From Alkalispirochaeta sp. (GTDB lineage Bacteria; Spirochaetota; Spirochaetia; DSM-27196; Alkalispirochaetaceae), in NCBI GenBank assembly GCA_965242725.1, contig CBDESZ010000012.1, forward strand, positions 65,247 through 129,246: 64,000 nucleotides of DNA, read 5' to 3'. Numbering within the stretch: the first letter of the stretch is position 1; the number at the start of each line of letters is the position of its first letter. Shown piece after piece: positions 27,956 to 37,546 of this stretch. The notes under the pieces are model-generated. The model was not told where the DNA came from. It worked only from the letters and a program-made list of their open reading frames with translations, and did not search any database. Made by a program: the position numbers and the translations under genes.

Positions 27956-30064
27956 TTACTCCGTCTTGAAACGGTCAACCTCTTCGGTGAGCGCCTGTAT
28001 ACTTGACCGGTTTTTGACTGCGATTTCATCGACATTCAGTACGGCATCATTAATCTCGCCGGCCCCGGCGGCCATCTCATTCATTGCGTTTGAAAGCTCA
28101 GCCGTCAACCGGGTGAGGCGTTCCATTTCGCCGCGAATTTCGGTTGTACCGGTGTGCATCTCCACTGATCCATCCCGAACCTGGCTGGTGATATCGTTGA
28201 TCTCCCGTATCGCCGAGAGGACCTCCCCGCCGGCACTGTTCTGTTCGTCCATGGCATTCTTAATGTGCGTCTCCTGGTCGTGGACGGTTTTCGTAAGCTC
28301 AAAAGAGCGCTCGAGAAAGGTCTGTGCTTCGTCGGTGGATGCATACACCGTATCAATGAGCCTTTTCAGTGCCTCGAGGGAGGTGGTTATGTTCTTCGCC
28401 TGTTGTCCCGATTCCTCGGCGAGTTTACCGATTTCCGAGGCTACCACGGCAAATCCCTTTCCAAACTCGCCGGCGTGAGCCGCTTCTATGGCGGCGTTCA
28501 TGGAAAGCAGGTTCGTCTGGGAGGAGACGTCGTGAATGACCGAGCTGGCTTCTAGGAGCGTATCGGAACTCCGGGCGATTTCCTGCATCAGCGTCGCTAC
28601 CTCATCCATCTTTGTCCTGCCCTGTTGTGAAACATCAGAAAGCTCTCTCACGGAGAGTTCATTCTTCTCGAGGATTCGGGAGACGGAGTTTATATTGGCG
28701 ACCATTTCTTCGATAGACGACGATGACTGAACGACATTTGTAGCCTGGGTATCGATAAGGTTTCGCAATCCCTCCACGTTTTTCAGCACCGTCTCGATGG
28801 AAGACTGCATCTCCGTAACACCTGAGGCCTGATTTGTTACCTGGGACTTCACCATTTGGATATTCGCCGTAATCTGATTCACGGCACTCGCTGTTTCGGT
28901 CATATTTGCAGACAGATCGGAGCTTATCTCTCCCATCGACCGCGCCTGCGTCTTGATTTCCATGACGAGGGCCCCGATTTTCCCTATCAGGCGGTTGAAA
29001 TATGTCGCCAGCTCTCCGATTTCGTCGTGACTCGAGATTTCGATAGTCCGCGTCAAGTCGCCTTCGCCCTGGGATATCTCGTCCATGATGGAAACAACCG
29101 TCTTGAGAGGCCGGAAGGACCACCGCATTATGTAAAAGGCACTCAACAGGACAATTGTTGCCAGAAGAAGGGCAGTCCCGATGGAGAAAATCAAGCCCAT
29201 TCGGAGCTGCCCCGCCATGCCAGTCCGGTCCGCTATCGCCAGCACATGACCGATCTCCTGGCCGGTATAATCCCGTAACGGTATGGTGTGTACAAAGGTG
29301 ATACGTCCTTCCGACCGGTCTGACATCGTCTCTGCGTCATACGCTTCCGTCACCGATCGGGCTTCATCGGAACTGAAGGTGTAGTATACAAGCTCGCCCC
29401 GGACAACATCGGTCGGCTGGGTATCAAATCGGCGTGCCTGTTGGAAAATCGCATCTTTGATCGCGACGGCGTATTCTATCCCATAGACGCTTTCCAGCTC
29501 GCCCAGGGCGGCACCGATTGATCCTCCGAACTCCACAGTACCCAGATGTCGATCGTTTTGACGAAGAGGATAGACGACGCGTGTACCCGGTCCCCCCCGG
29601 CCAACCTCCAATCCGACGACGGGGCTGCTCTGCCGGTTGGCGTCAACGACGGTCTTTCGGAATGAGGAGAGGTCATCACCAAAATTTGACGGAGCATGCA
29701 TTCGGAGAAAACTGGTGGCCGGAGGCAAGTGAAACTGGAACTGGGCGATACCGTATGTTGCCGACAGATTTTCCCAGTATGCCTGGAGGCGGTTTTGAAG
29801 CTCCTGCCGTTCTCCCGCGGCGAATAGCTCAACAACCTCGGGATTTGCGGCGAGGGTCTGGACCGCCAGGGACAAGTAGGAGAGGTCCCTCTCTATAGAC
29901 TGATAGAGGGACTGCTCGACTTGTGTAAAAAGTTCCTCATTGGCCTCATCGATCGCGGAGCGGAACTCCAACAGCTGTTGCAGAACATTTGCCCCGGTGA
30001 GCAACGACACACCGACAAAAAGCAGGAGCAATACCCGGGCTTTCATGCCCAATTTGATCCCCAT
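27956..30064 (-). CDS. Methyl-accepting chemotaxis protein (Cache-HAMP-MA)
   Basis: Two transmembrane helices, HAMP (GDLT...DEIGEL) and signalling hairpin [27 protein letters not shown]. Confidence 0.95.
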   Translation of the reverse strand: MGIKLGMKARVLLLLFVGVSLLTGANVLQQLLEFRSAIDEANEELFTQVEQSLYQSIERDLSYLSLAVQTLAANPEVVELFAAGERQELQNRLQAYWENLSATYGIAQFQFHLPPATSFLRMHAPSNFGDDLSSFRKTVVDANRQSSPVVGLEVGRGGPGTRVVYPLRQNDRHLGTVEFGGSIGAALGELESVYGIEYAVAIKDAIFQQARRFDTQPTDVVRGELVYYTFSSDEARSVTEAYDAETMSDRSEGRITFVHTIPLRDYTGQEIGHVLAIADRTGMAGQLRMGLIFSIGTALLLATIVLLSAFYIMRWSFRPLKTVVSIMDEISQGEGDLTRTIEISSHDEIGELATYFNRLIGKIGALVMEIKTQARSMGEISSDLSANMTETASAVNQITANIQMVKSQVTNQASGVTEMQSSIETVLKNVEGLRNLIDTQATNVVQSSSSIEEMVANINSVSRILEKNELSVRELSDVSQQGRTKMDEVATLMQEIARSSDTLLEASSVIHDVSSQTNLLSMNAAIEAAHAGEFGKGFAVVASEIGKLAEESGQQAKNITTSLEALKRLIDTVYASTDEAQTFLERSFELTKTVHDQETHIKNAMDEQNSAGGEVLSAIREINDITSQVRDGSVEMHTGTTEIRGEMERLTRLTAELSNAMNEMAAGAGEINDAVLNVDEIAVKNRSSIQALTEEVDRFKTE

Positions 30065-30241
30065 GACAACACCTTATTCAATTCTTTTATTCCACAATAC
30101 GTCCGTTACATTCTGATTGCAATACTATTTATTGAGTTTTTTGAGACATCCTATTGCCCGAAACGGTCACACTCGGACGATTCGCGGTCAAATAGGTCCA
30201 TGAAAAAGTTTGATTTCCTGACTAATTCACACTACTTTTAG

Positions 30242-30269
30242 TTTGTCGGTCGGTCGGTCGGCCGACAAA
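30242..30269. promoter_or_regulatory. Candidate operator upstream of fadD
   Basis: TTTGTCGG...CCGACAAA inverted repeat containing CGGTCGGTCGGCCGAC, 15/16 identical to 37479-37494. Confidence 0.55.
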
Positions 30270-30295
30270 AAAAGCGCCATGAAGGAGGCCGAAGA

Positions 30296-32056
30296 ATGAC
30301 TCGGACGCTCCCGGCCCGATTTCTGCGGGCCCTTGAAACGTATCAGTACTCCGATTTCCTCAATTTCCCCGATCATGAGATGGGGTGGATCAACGTCTCC
30401 GTTGCCCGGACGCGGGAACGGGTACGAAATCTCGCCCTGGGACTCGCCGATCTCGGCGTCGCCCGGGGAGAGCGGGTGGGTCTCATTTCCCCGCCCAGCC
30501 CTGAGTGGATAATCACCGACATGGCGATTCAGTCTATCGGCGCGGTGACGGTACCGATCTTTAAAAAGATCTCACCCGAGAGCTTCCGCCATGAGGTTAC
30601 CGACTCGGGTATGCGCTACCTCTTTATCGGGTATCCCGACGAAATTCCTCTGGCGGTACAACACGGTCAGGGTCTTGCGGAGCTGATCACCTTCGGCTGC
30701 TGTACCGATAATGAACGCTTTACCGAAATCAATAAGCGTGGTGAAGAGATTGCCAAAGCCGACCCCGGGCGCTTTCCCGCCCTCGTCGAGGAGGGAGAAG
30801 CGAGCGATCTGTGTACGATCATCTACACCTCCGGTTCCACGGGACTTCCAAAGGGCGTGGAGCTCACCCAGGAAAACCTCCTGAGCCAGATAGATGCGGC
30901 GGGTGAGCGATTTCCCCTCGTCCCGGAAGAGAACCGGGCGATCTCGCTGCTTCCCCTGGCCCATATCTTTGAACGAATGGTTGTCTATTACTACCTTACA
31001 GCGGGAGTGAGGGTCTATTTTATTGATGATCCAAAGGAACTCACCTCATATGCACCTCAGGTCGGCCCGACGGTCATGACCGTGGTCCCCCGCCTCCTGG
31101 AAAAGGTCTACCTGAAATTCAGGGACAAGGCTGAAGAGCGGAGCGGTCTCGGAGGGATGATCGCCCGCTCCGCAATTGCACGGGCGGAGCGCCGGACGGT
31201 GGAGAGCCGCAGAACACTTGTGGACCATATCTACGATCGGCTGGTGTACAAAAAGTTCCGCGCCGCCCTGGGAGGGAAGATTGCGACGATGATCAGTGGT
31301 TCGGCAAAACTGGCTCCGGAGATTGCCGCCTTTTTTATTAACGTGGGGTTGCCCGTCTATGAGGGATACGGCATGACCGAGACGTCTCCGGTGATAGCGG
31401 CGAATTTCCCCGGTCATCGCAAGGTAGGCACGGTAGGTCCCCTCTTTCCCGGTGTGGAAGTGTCTATTGCCGAGGACGGCGAAATACTCGCCCGGGGCCC
31501 CAACGTCATGAGGGGATATCACAACCGCCCCGATGCAACGGCGGAAACCCTCGTCGACGGCTGGCTGCACACCGGCGACCTCGGTTCCCTCGACGACGAC
31601 GGATATCTCACCGTCTCGGGACGGAAGAAGGAGATCTTCAAGAAATCCACAGGCGAATACGTACCGCCCATTCCCATCGAGGAAGCCATCGCGTCTCATC
31701 CGGCGGTGGATACGGCGATCATTTTTGCGGACAACCGCGTCTACGTTACCGCTCTCGTCTTTCCGGATATGGAGAAGATCCGACAGATTCGGGAGGACGA
31801 TGGTTTTGTCCATATGAGCGACATGGAGTACATACGATCCCAGCACCTCAGGGATGAGCTCCAGCGCCATATCGACGAGGTAAATCGTCACCGCCACCAC
31901 TGTGAAGAGGTTGTGCGTTTTGAGATCATCGACCATCCGGCGACGATCGAAACGGGAGAACTGACACCGACGATGAAAATTCGAAGAGGTAAAATAGAAA
32001 CAATGTACAGCGACCGGATTGAACAGATGTATCAGCAGATTGGAGGAACAAAGTGA
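30296..32056 (+). CDS. fadD: Long-chain acyl-CoA synthetase
   Basis: IIYTSGSTGLPKG, EGYGMTETSP and GWLHTGDLG motifs. Confidence 0.92.
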   Translation: MTRTLPARFLRALETYQYSDFLNFPDHEMGWINVSVARTRERVRNLALGLADLGVARGERVGLISPPSPEWIITDMAIQSIGAVTVPIFKKISPESFRHEVTDSGMRYLFIGYPDEIPLAVQHGQGLAELITFGCCTDNERFTEINKRGEEIAKADPGRFPALVEEGEASDLCTIIYTSGSTGLPKGVELTQENLLSQIDAAGERFPLVPEENRAISLLPLAHIFERMVVYYYLTAGVRVYFIDDPKELTSYAPQVGPTVMTVVPRLLEKVYLKFRDKAEERSGLGGMIARSAIARAERRTVESRRTLVDHIYDRLVYKKFRAALGGKIATMISGSAKLAPEIAAFFINVGLPVYEGYGMTETSPVIAANFPGHRKVGTVGPLFPGVEVSIAEDGEILARGPNVMRGYHNRPDATAETLVDGWLHTGDLGSLDDDGYLTVSGRKKEIFKKSTGEYVPPIPIEEAIASHPAVDTAIIFADNRVYVTALVFPDMEKIRQIREDDGFVHMSDMEYIRSQHLRDELQRHIDEVNRHRHHCEEVVRFEIIDHPATIETGELTPTMKIRRGKIETMYSDRIEQMYQQIGGTK

Positions 32057-33354
32057 AAGAACGCATCGCCATAATCGATGGAGTACGGTCCCCCATGACG
32101 AAGGCGGGGACGGTTCTGAAAGATACGCCGGCGGACGATCTCGGTGCGGCGGTTGTCCGCGAGGTCCTGAACCGCGTCGGCGGGAGTGCAGGTATCACAC
32201 CTCAGGAAATCGACGAGGTGATCATCGGCAATGTAGCCCAACCGGCAAAGGCCGCCAACATCGCCCGGGTCATCGCGTTGAAGGCGGGACTTCCCATTGA
32301 CGTTCCCGCCTATACGGTACATCGAAACTGCGCCAGCGGCATGGAGTCCATCACCAACGGGGCTACCAAAATCGCCGCAGGGGTCGGGTCGATCTACCTC
32401 ACCGGCGGCGTGGAAAGCATGAGCAATGTTCCTCTCTTCTTTAACAAGGAGTATACGGAGTTCATGAGTCGCCTGAGTCGCGCCAAGACGGGAAGGGACA
32501 GGATCCGCACGCTCTTTTCATTTCGTCCGCGGATGCTGAAACCCGAAATCGGCCTCATACAGGGCCTTACCGATCCGATCAGCGGACTCATCATGGGTCT
32601 GACCGCGGAAAACCTCGCCCGTGAGTTTCACATAACCCGGGAGGAACAGGATGAGTACGCCCTGCGCAGCCATGAGCTCGCCATCAAGGCGCAGGAAGAA
32701 AACGCCTTTGCCCGGGAAATCATCCCGGTCCCCAGATTTCCCGATTTCGATCAGCTCGTCACCGAAGACGTGGGACCCCGCAAGGGACAGTCCATGGAGA
32801 GCCTGGCGAAGCTCAAACCCTACTTCGACAAGCGAAGCGGGACGGTCACGGTGGGGAACTCATCTCAGGTGACCGACGGCGCCGCGGCGATTCTCATCAT
32901 GGGCGAAAAGGAAGCGAAAAAACGCCGCCTTGAACCACTTGGATACCTGAAAGAGTTTGCATACGCCTCCCTGGAGCCGGAACGGATGGGTCTCGGACCC
33001 GTATACGCTACAAGCCGGCTCATGGAAAAGGTCAGGTTCTCCATGTCCGACATCGACTATATCGAGCTGAACGAAGCCTTTGCCGCCCAGGTCATCGCCT
33101 GCGAACGGGCAAGCGACTCCGACGAATTTGCCCGCCGCTATCTGGGGCGGGACAAAAAAATCGGACTTTTTGACCGTTCCATCATGAACCTCCAGGGCGG
33201 AGCGATAGCCCTGGGCCATCCCGTGGGTATGACGGGCACACGTATCGTCCTTCACACCCTGCGGGAACTTCGACGCCGGAATAAACAGACGGGGCTCGCC
33301 ACCCTCTGCGTCGGCGGCGGTCAGGGAGCGGCACTGCTGCTGGAGGCGGCGTAG
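32053..33354 (+). CDS. fadA: 3-ketoacyl-CoA thiolase
   Basis: NCASG, ELNEAFA, GHPVGMTG and LCVGGGQG motifs. Confidence 0.93.
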   Translation: MKERIAIIDGVRSPMTKAGTVLKDTPADDLGAAVVREVLNRVGGSAGITPQEIDEVIIGNVAQPAKAANIARVIALKAGLPIDVPAYTVHRNCASGMESITNGATKIAAGVGSIYLTGGVESMSNVPLFFNKEYTEFMSRLSRAKTGRDRIRTLFSFRPRMLKPEIGLIQGLTDPISGLIMGLTAENLAREFHITREEQDEYALRSHELAIKAQEENAFAREIIPVPRFPDFDQLVTEDVGPRKGQSMESLAKLKPYFDKRSGTVTVGNSSQVTDGAAAILIMGEKEAKKRRLEPLGYLKEFAYASLEPERMGLGPVYATSRLMEKVRFSMSDIDYIELNEAFAAQVIACERASDSDEFARRYLGRDKKIGLFDRSIMNLQGGAIALGHPVGMTGTRIVLHTLRELRRRNKQTGLATLCVGGGQGAALLLEAA

Positions 33355-33389
33355 AGGCAGCGTGAGAAGCGGTGCCAGGAGACGGATTC

Positions 33390-35630
33390 ATGAACAAGAA
33401 CGAAACACAGACCCAAACAACCCATTTCACTCTCACCACCGATGATGGGGGTATCGCAACACTGCGATTTGACAGTCCCGACAGAAAAGTGAACACCTTC
33501 ACGCTGCCGGCCATTGAGGAGCTTGAACGGCGCATCAGTGAGATAGAACGGGGCGTCGCCGAAGGCGTTGTCAAAGGCGTCGTCATAGAAAGCGGCAAGG
33601 AGAACAACTTTATCGCCGGCGCCGATATACGCCTCATTCAGGAAATTACGGACGTTGACCGGGGTCGGGAAGCGGCGGCGGCGGGGCAGGCGCTCTTTGC
33701 CCGCATTCAGGACCTCCCGGTGCCTACCCTCGCGGCAATCAACGGCGGCTGTGTCGGCGGGGGGCTTGAGCTCGCCCTCGCCTGCGACTATCGCACCGCT
33801 GCCGCCGGCTCCAGGACAAAGATCGGCCTGCCTGAGACACAATTGGGCGTTCTTCCAGGCTGGGGCGGAACCTTTCGCCTTCCCCGTATCGTCGGATGGG
33901 CTCAGGGAGTGAAAATGATCCTCACCGGCTCCACCATCGACGCCGACAGGGCGTTGAAATACGGTCTGGTGGACGCGGTCTATCCCCCGCCGTTCTTTGC
34001 CGAATGGAGCCGCACCCTCCTTGCACGCATCGTTTCCGACGGCCGGGATCGGCAGGTGATCAGGAATCGGAAGAAGGCGCAAAAGCGACGCTCCTGGTTC
34101 CTCGAACGCACTCCCTTCGGACGGAGGCTCATCTTTTCACAGGCAAAAAGGGACGTGGACAAAAAGACGGGCGGACACTATCCGGCGCCCTACGAGGCGA
34201 TACGGGTCCTTCGGGCTACGACGCGGGGCGGCCTCGTCAATGCCACCGCCCGCCGCCGGGCACACAGGAAAGAAGCGGACGCCTTCGGGCGCCTTGCCGT
34301 CACCGAGGTCAGCACGAACCTGACCACCCTCTACTTTGCCCGCGAGGCGGTAAAACGGCAGGAGGCGCTTCAGTGGGCCCGGGACGACCATCCCATTTCC
34401 AGGGGCGCCGTTCTCGGCGCCGGCGTCATGGGCGGCAGGATTGCGTGGCTCCTGAGCAGCCGCGACATCCCGGTGGTGATGAAAGACATCGCATGGGAGG
34501 CGGTTCACAAGGGGTATGAAAGTGCCAAAGAGGTGTACGACCAGTTGCGGATTCGCCGGAAATATGACGACCGGGAGGTCAACCTCAAGATGAACCATAT
34601 TCACGGTGCCGTCGAATACCCGTCCATCGGTCGTCCCGACATCGTCATTGAAGCGGTTGTGGAGCGACTGGACGTGAAAAAGACGGTACTTGCCGAGGTG
34701 GAAGGGTATGTCCCCGACGATGCGATCGTCGTGAGCAACACCTCCGCCCTCTCCATCGATGAAATGGCCTCATCCCTGCGTCGACCGGAGCGCTTCGCAG
34801 GTATGCACTTCTTCAACCCCGTCAACAGGATGCCCCTCGTCGAGGTCATTTACGGATCGCGGACGGACAAGGCCGTTCTCGGTGACGTGGTGGCCCTGGC
34901 GTTGCGCCTCGGAAAGACGCCGGTGGTCGTACGGGACAGCCCCGGCTTTCTCGTCAATCGCCTTCTTTTGCCCTATCTCAACGAGGCGGCGGTGATGCTC
35001 TCAGAGGGCATCGACTATGAAGGGACCGATCGCCTCTTCACCGACTTCGGTATGCCCATGGGTCCCTACACCCTCCTCGACGAGGTGGGGATCGATGTTG
35101 CCTTCCACGTCGCGGAGACGCTCAACGGCGCATTCGGCGAACGCATGGCGACGGCGGCGGTGCTTGACGAGGTAAAAAGGGACAAAACCCTGCTGGGGAA
35201 GAAGAGCGCTGGCGGATTTTATCTGTACAGCCGCGGAAAGCGACAGGGTGCCAATCCCCGGATGAAGGAGCTCATTTCAAGGGCAGTCAAAGGGCTCGCT
35301 CACGAGGGCAGCTCCCGCACCGGCGGAAGCACCGCCTCCATCCCCGCCGACCGGGACATTTTTGACAGGGCGATGCTCAACATGGTCAATGAGGCGGCCT
35401 ACGCCCTGGACGAGGGAATCGTCGCCTCCGCGGCGGAACTGGACCTCGCGATGATCATGGGAACGGGTTTTCCTCCCTTCCGCGGCGGCCTCCTCCGCTG
35501 GGCGGACACGGTCGGAACAAAGGCGATTTTTGACCGCCTGTCCGAACTTCGGGAACGTTACGGCATGCGCTTTAAACCGGCACCATATCTCGGAACACTG
35601 TCGGAATCGAATCGGAAATTCTACGATTGA
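33390..35630 (+). CDS. fadB: Enoyl-CoA hydratase / 3-hydroxyacyl-CoA dehydrogenase (FadB/FadJ type)
   Basis: FIAGADI, GGGLELALAC, GAGVMGG, SNTSAL and GMHFFNPV motifs; AGGAG SD. Confidence 0.93.
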   Translation: MNKNETQTQTTHFTLTTDDGGIATLRFDSPDRKVNTFTLPAIEELERRISEIERGVAEGVVKGVVIESGKENNFIAGADIRLIQEITDVDRGREAAAAGQALFARIQDLPVPTLAAINGGCVGGGLELALACDYRTAAAGSRTKIGLPETQLGVLPGWGGTFRLPRIVGWAQGVKMILTGSTIDADRALKYGLVDAVYPPPFFAEWSRTLLARIVSDGRDRQVIRNRKKAQKRRSWFLERTPFGRRLIFSQAKRDVDKKTGGHYPAPYEAIRVLRATTRGGLVNATARRRAHRKEADAFGRLAVTEVSTNLTTLYFAREAVKRQEALQWARDDHPISRGAVLGAGVMGGRIAWLLSSRDIPVVMKDIAWEAVHKGYESAKEVYDQLRIRRKYDDREVNLKMNHIHGAVEYPSIGRPDIVIEAVVERLDVKKTVLAEVEGYVPDDAIVVSNTSALSIDEMASSLRRPERFAGMHFFNPVNRMPLVEVIYGSRTDKAVLGDVVALALRLGKTPVVVRDSPGFLVNRLLLPYLNEAAVMLSEGIDYEGTDRLFTDFGMPMGPYTLLDEVGIDVAFHVAETLNGAFGERMATAAVLDEVKRDKTLLGKKSAGGFYLYSRGKRQGANPRMKELISRAVKGLAHEGSSRTGGSTASIPADRDIFDRAMLNMVNEAAYALDEGIVASAAELDLAMIMGTGFPPFRGGLLRWADTVGTKAIFDRLSELRERYGMRFKPAPYLGTLSESNRKFYD

Positions 35631-35707
35631 CGGGAGAAGGCGGCGCCGGGAAAGAGCCCTCGGACCGGACATCGCCACCCTACATCGCCCCCCGACAAAC
35701 CGTGAGA

Positions 35708-37399
35708 TTATTTCCCGTCCACCGCCCCCATGACCGCGCGGTGGGCGCGCTCCCTACCCCCTGCCGCGGCGGTCCCGTGGGTACGATAGGTCTCCTCAGC
35801 CTCGGCGATAAGGTAGTCAAGGAGTGCCCGGGTCTCGCCGTTCAGTCCCCCCTTGTTTTGCCCCTCCTCGTTTCGTCCCTCATCTGCCTCGGTCGGATCG
35901 CTCAGAACCGAGACGGAGCTCAAAAGGGCAAAAACCGCGGTACTGACAAGCGTCATGCGTCGAAGAAAGAACTCCTGTGAGACAACGTTCTTCCCGAACT
36001 TCATCAGCCCGTAGCGCAACTGCTTCCTGAATATCCGCTCTCCCCGCCGCGCCGTCGCGATTGCCCGTCGGATCGTCTCATCCCCGCCTGCGGAGGAGCG
36101 GGGCAGGACGGGCCGACCGAGGCGCACCATGGCAAGCGCCTTTGCAACGGCGCCCCGGCCTTTCAGCTCCTTGCCATACCGGCGAAAGACGGTGAGGGGC
36201 GGATAGATTGCATGTATTTCCGAGGTTCCTTCAAAGATCGTCGTCACCCGGGCATCGCGCATGCGTTTTTCATAGGGAAAGGACTGAATGAATCCGGCAC
36301 CGCCGGCGGTCTGGAGCGCATCGTAGAGGGTATTCCACCCCTCGTCCGTCCCGTACCGTTTGGTGTGGGAACTTTCAATGGCCACGTTCATGAGGGGATT
36401 CATTTCAAGCAGCCGGGCGGTGAAGAAGGTCATGTTCTCTGCGGCAAAACCGTGAACCCGGGCCCTGACGATCTTCTCCTGTATCAACTGGAACTCACGA
36501 ATGGGCACGCCGAACTGCTTCCGCGTTGAGGCGCGATGCTCCATATCCACAACGGATTGCTTCATCATTCCCGCGCCGGCGGCACCAAGACCGAGTCGGC
36601 CGTAGTTGAGGATATTCATGGCGATTTTGAAGCCGTCACCGGGGTCCCCAATCATGTTTTCCTTCGGTACCCGGACATTCTTGAAGCGAATGGGGGTGGT
36701 TGAGCTCACCTTCAGCCCCATCTTGGGCATGTCCTTTCCCACCGTCACGCCCTCCCACGCCGTTTCCACGATAAAGGCGCCCATGTGGCCGGGATTATTT
36801 TCCGGATCCAGCTGGGCAAAGACGGTCATACCGCCGGCGTAGTTGCCGTTGGTGATGTAGGTTTTGCTTCCGTTGAGGATGTAGTGGGAGCCGTCGTCGG
36901 AGAGATCCGCCCGCGTTTCAATGTGCTGTGCGTCGGATCCCGTTTTCGGTTCGGTGAGGGCGTATGCGAAAACCATCTCCCCCGACGCGGCCTGGGGGAG
37001 ATAACGCTCTTTCTGTTCCTCCGTGGCAAAGAGAACGATCCCTTTCAGACCGATCGAGAGGTGCGCAAGGGGAATCAGGACCAGCGCCATGTCCGTCCTG
37101 GCCATCGCCTCGACGACCAGGAGGTACTCCGAAGCAGTGAATCCGAGTCCACCGTATCTCTTCGGAATGGTCAGTCCGAAGATGCCGAGTTTCTTCAACG
37201 CCGTCATGAGCTCCCGGGGAACACGGGAGTCCTTTTCCAGCTCGAGGGGATCGTACTCAGAAACGATTTCGAAGTATCGGGTGATAAAGTCGTCAACTTT
37301 CGTGTGATCAATCACACTCCCCTTCGGGAACAACAACTCCTTCCGGTAGGTACCTCCGTACAGCTCTTCCAGAAATCCCATACTGTCCTGTTTCATCAC
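35708..37399 (-). CDS. fadE: Acyl-CoA dehydrogenase (long-chain type)
   Basis: YALTEPKTGSD, GSKTYITNG, RKQFG and TIFEGTSEI motifs. Confidence 0.9.
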   Translation of the reverse strand: MMKQDSMGFLEELYGGTYRKELLFPKGSVIDHTKVDDFITRYFEIVSEYDPLELEKDSRVPRELMTALKKLGIFGLTIPKRYGGLGFTASEYLLVVEAMARTDMALVLIPLAHLSIGLKGIVLFATEEQKERYLPQAASGEMVFAYALTEPKTGSDAQHIETRADLSDDGSHYILNGSKTYITNGNYAGGMTVFAQLDPENNPGHMGAFIVETAWEGVTVGKDMPKMGLKVSSTTPIRFKNVRVPKENMIGDPGDGFKIAMNILNYGRLGLGAAGAGMMKQSVVDMEHRASTRKQFGVPIREFQLIQEKIVRARVHGFAAENMTFFTARLLEMNPLMNVAIESSHTKRYGTDEGWNTLYDALQTAGGAGFIQSFPYEKRMRDARVTTIFEGTSEIHAIYPPLTVFRRYGKELKGRGAVAKALAMVRLGRPVLPRSSAGGDETIRRAIATARRGERIFRKQLRYGLMKFGKNVVSQEFFLRRMTLVSTAVFALLSSVSVLSDPTEADEGRNEEGQNKGGLNGETRALLDYLIAEAEETYRTHGTAAAGGRERAHRAVMGAVDGK

Positions 37400-37478
37400 A
37401 TACTCCCCTTATCGCGTTAATCCTGATAGATTTCGTCGGTTTTAACCTAATCCCACATTGTCGGGGAGTCAATAAATA

Positions 37479-37496
37479 CGGTCGGTCGACCGACCG
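37479..37496. promoter_or_regulatory. Perfect palindromic candidate operator upstream of fadE
   Basis: CGGTCGGTCGACCGACCG is an 18-bp palindrome. Confidence 0.6.
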
Positions 37497-37546
37497 AAAT
37501 ACACAGGAATCATGTACCCGCCGGGAAGAGTGTACAGGGAGCGTTG

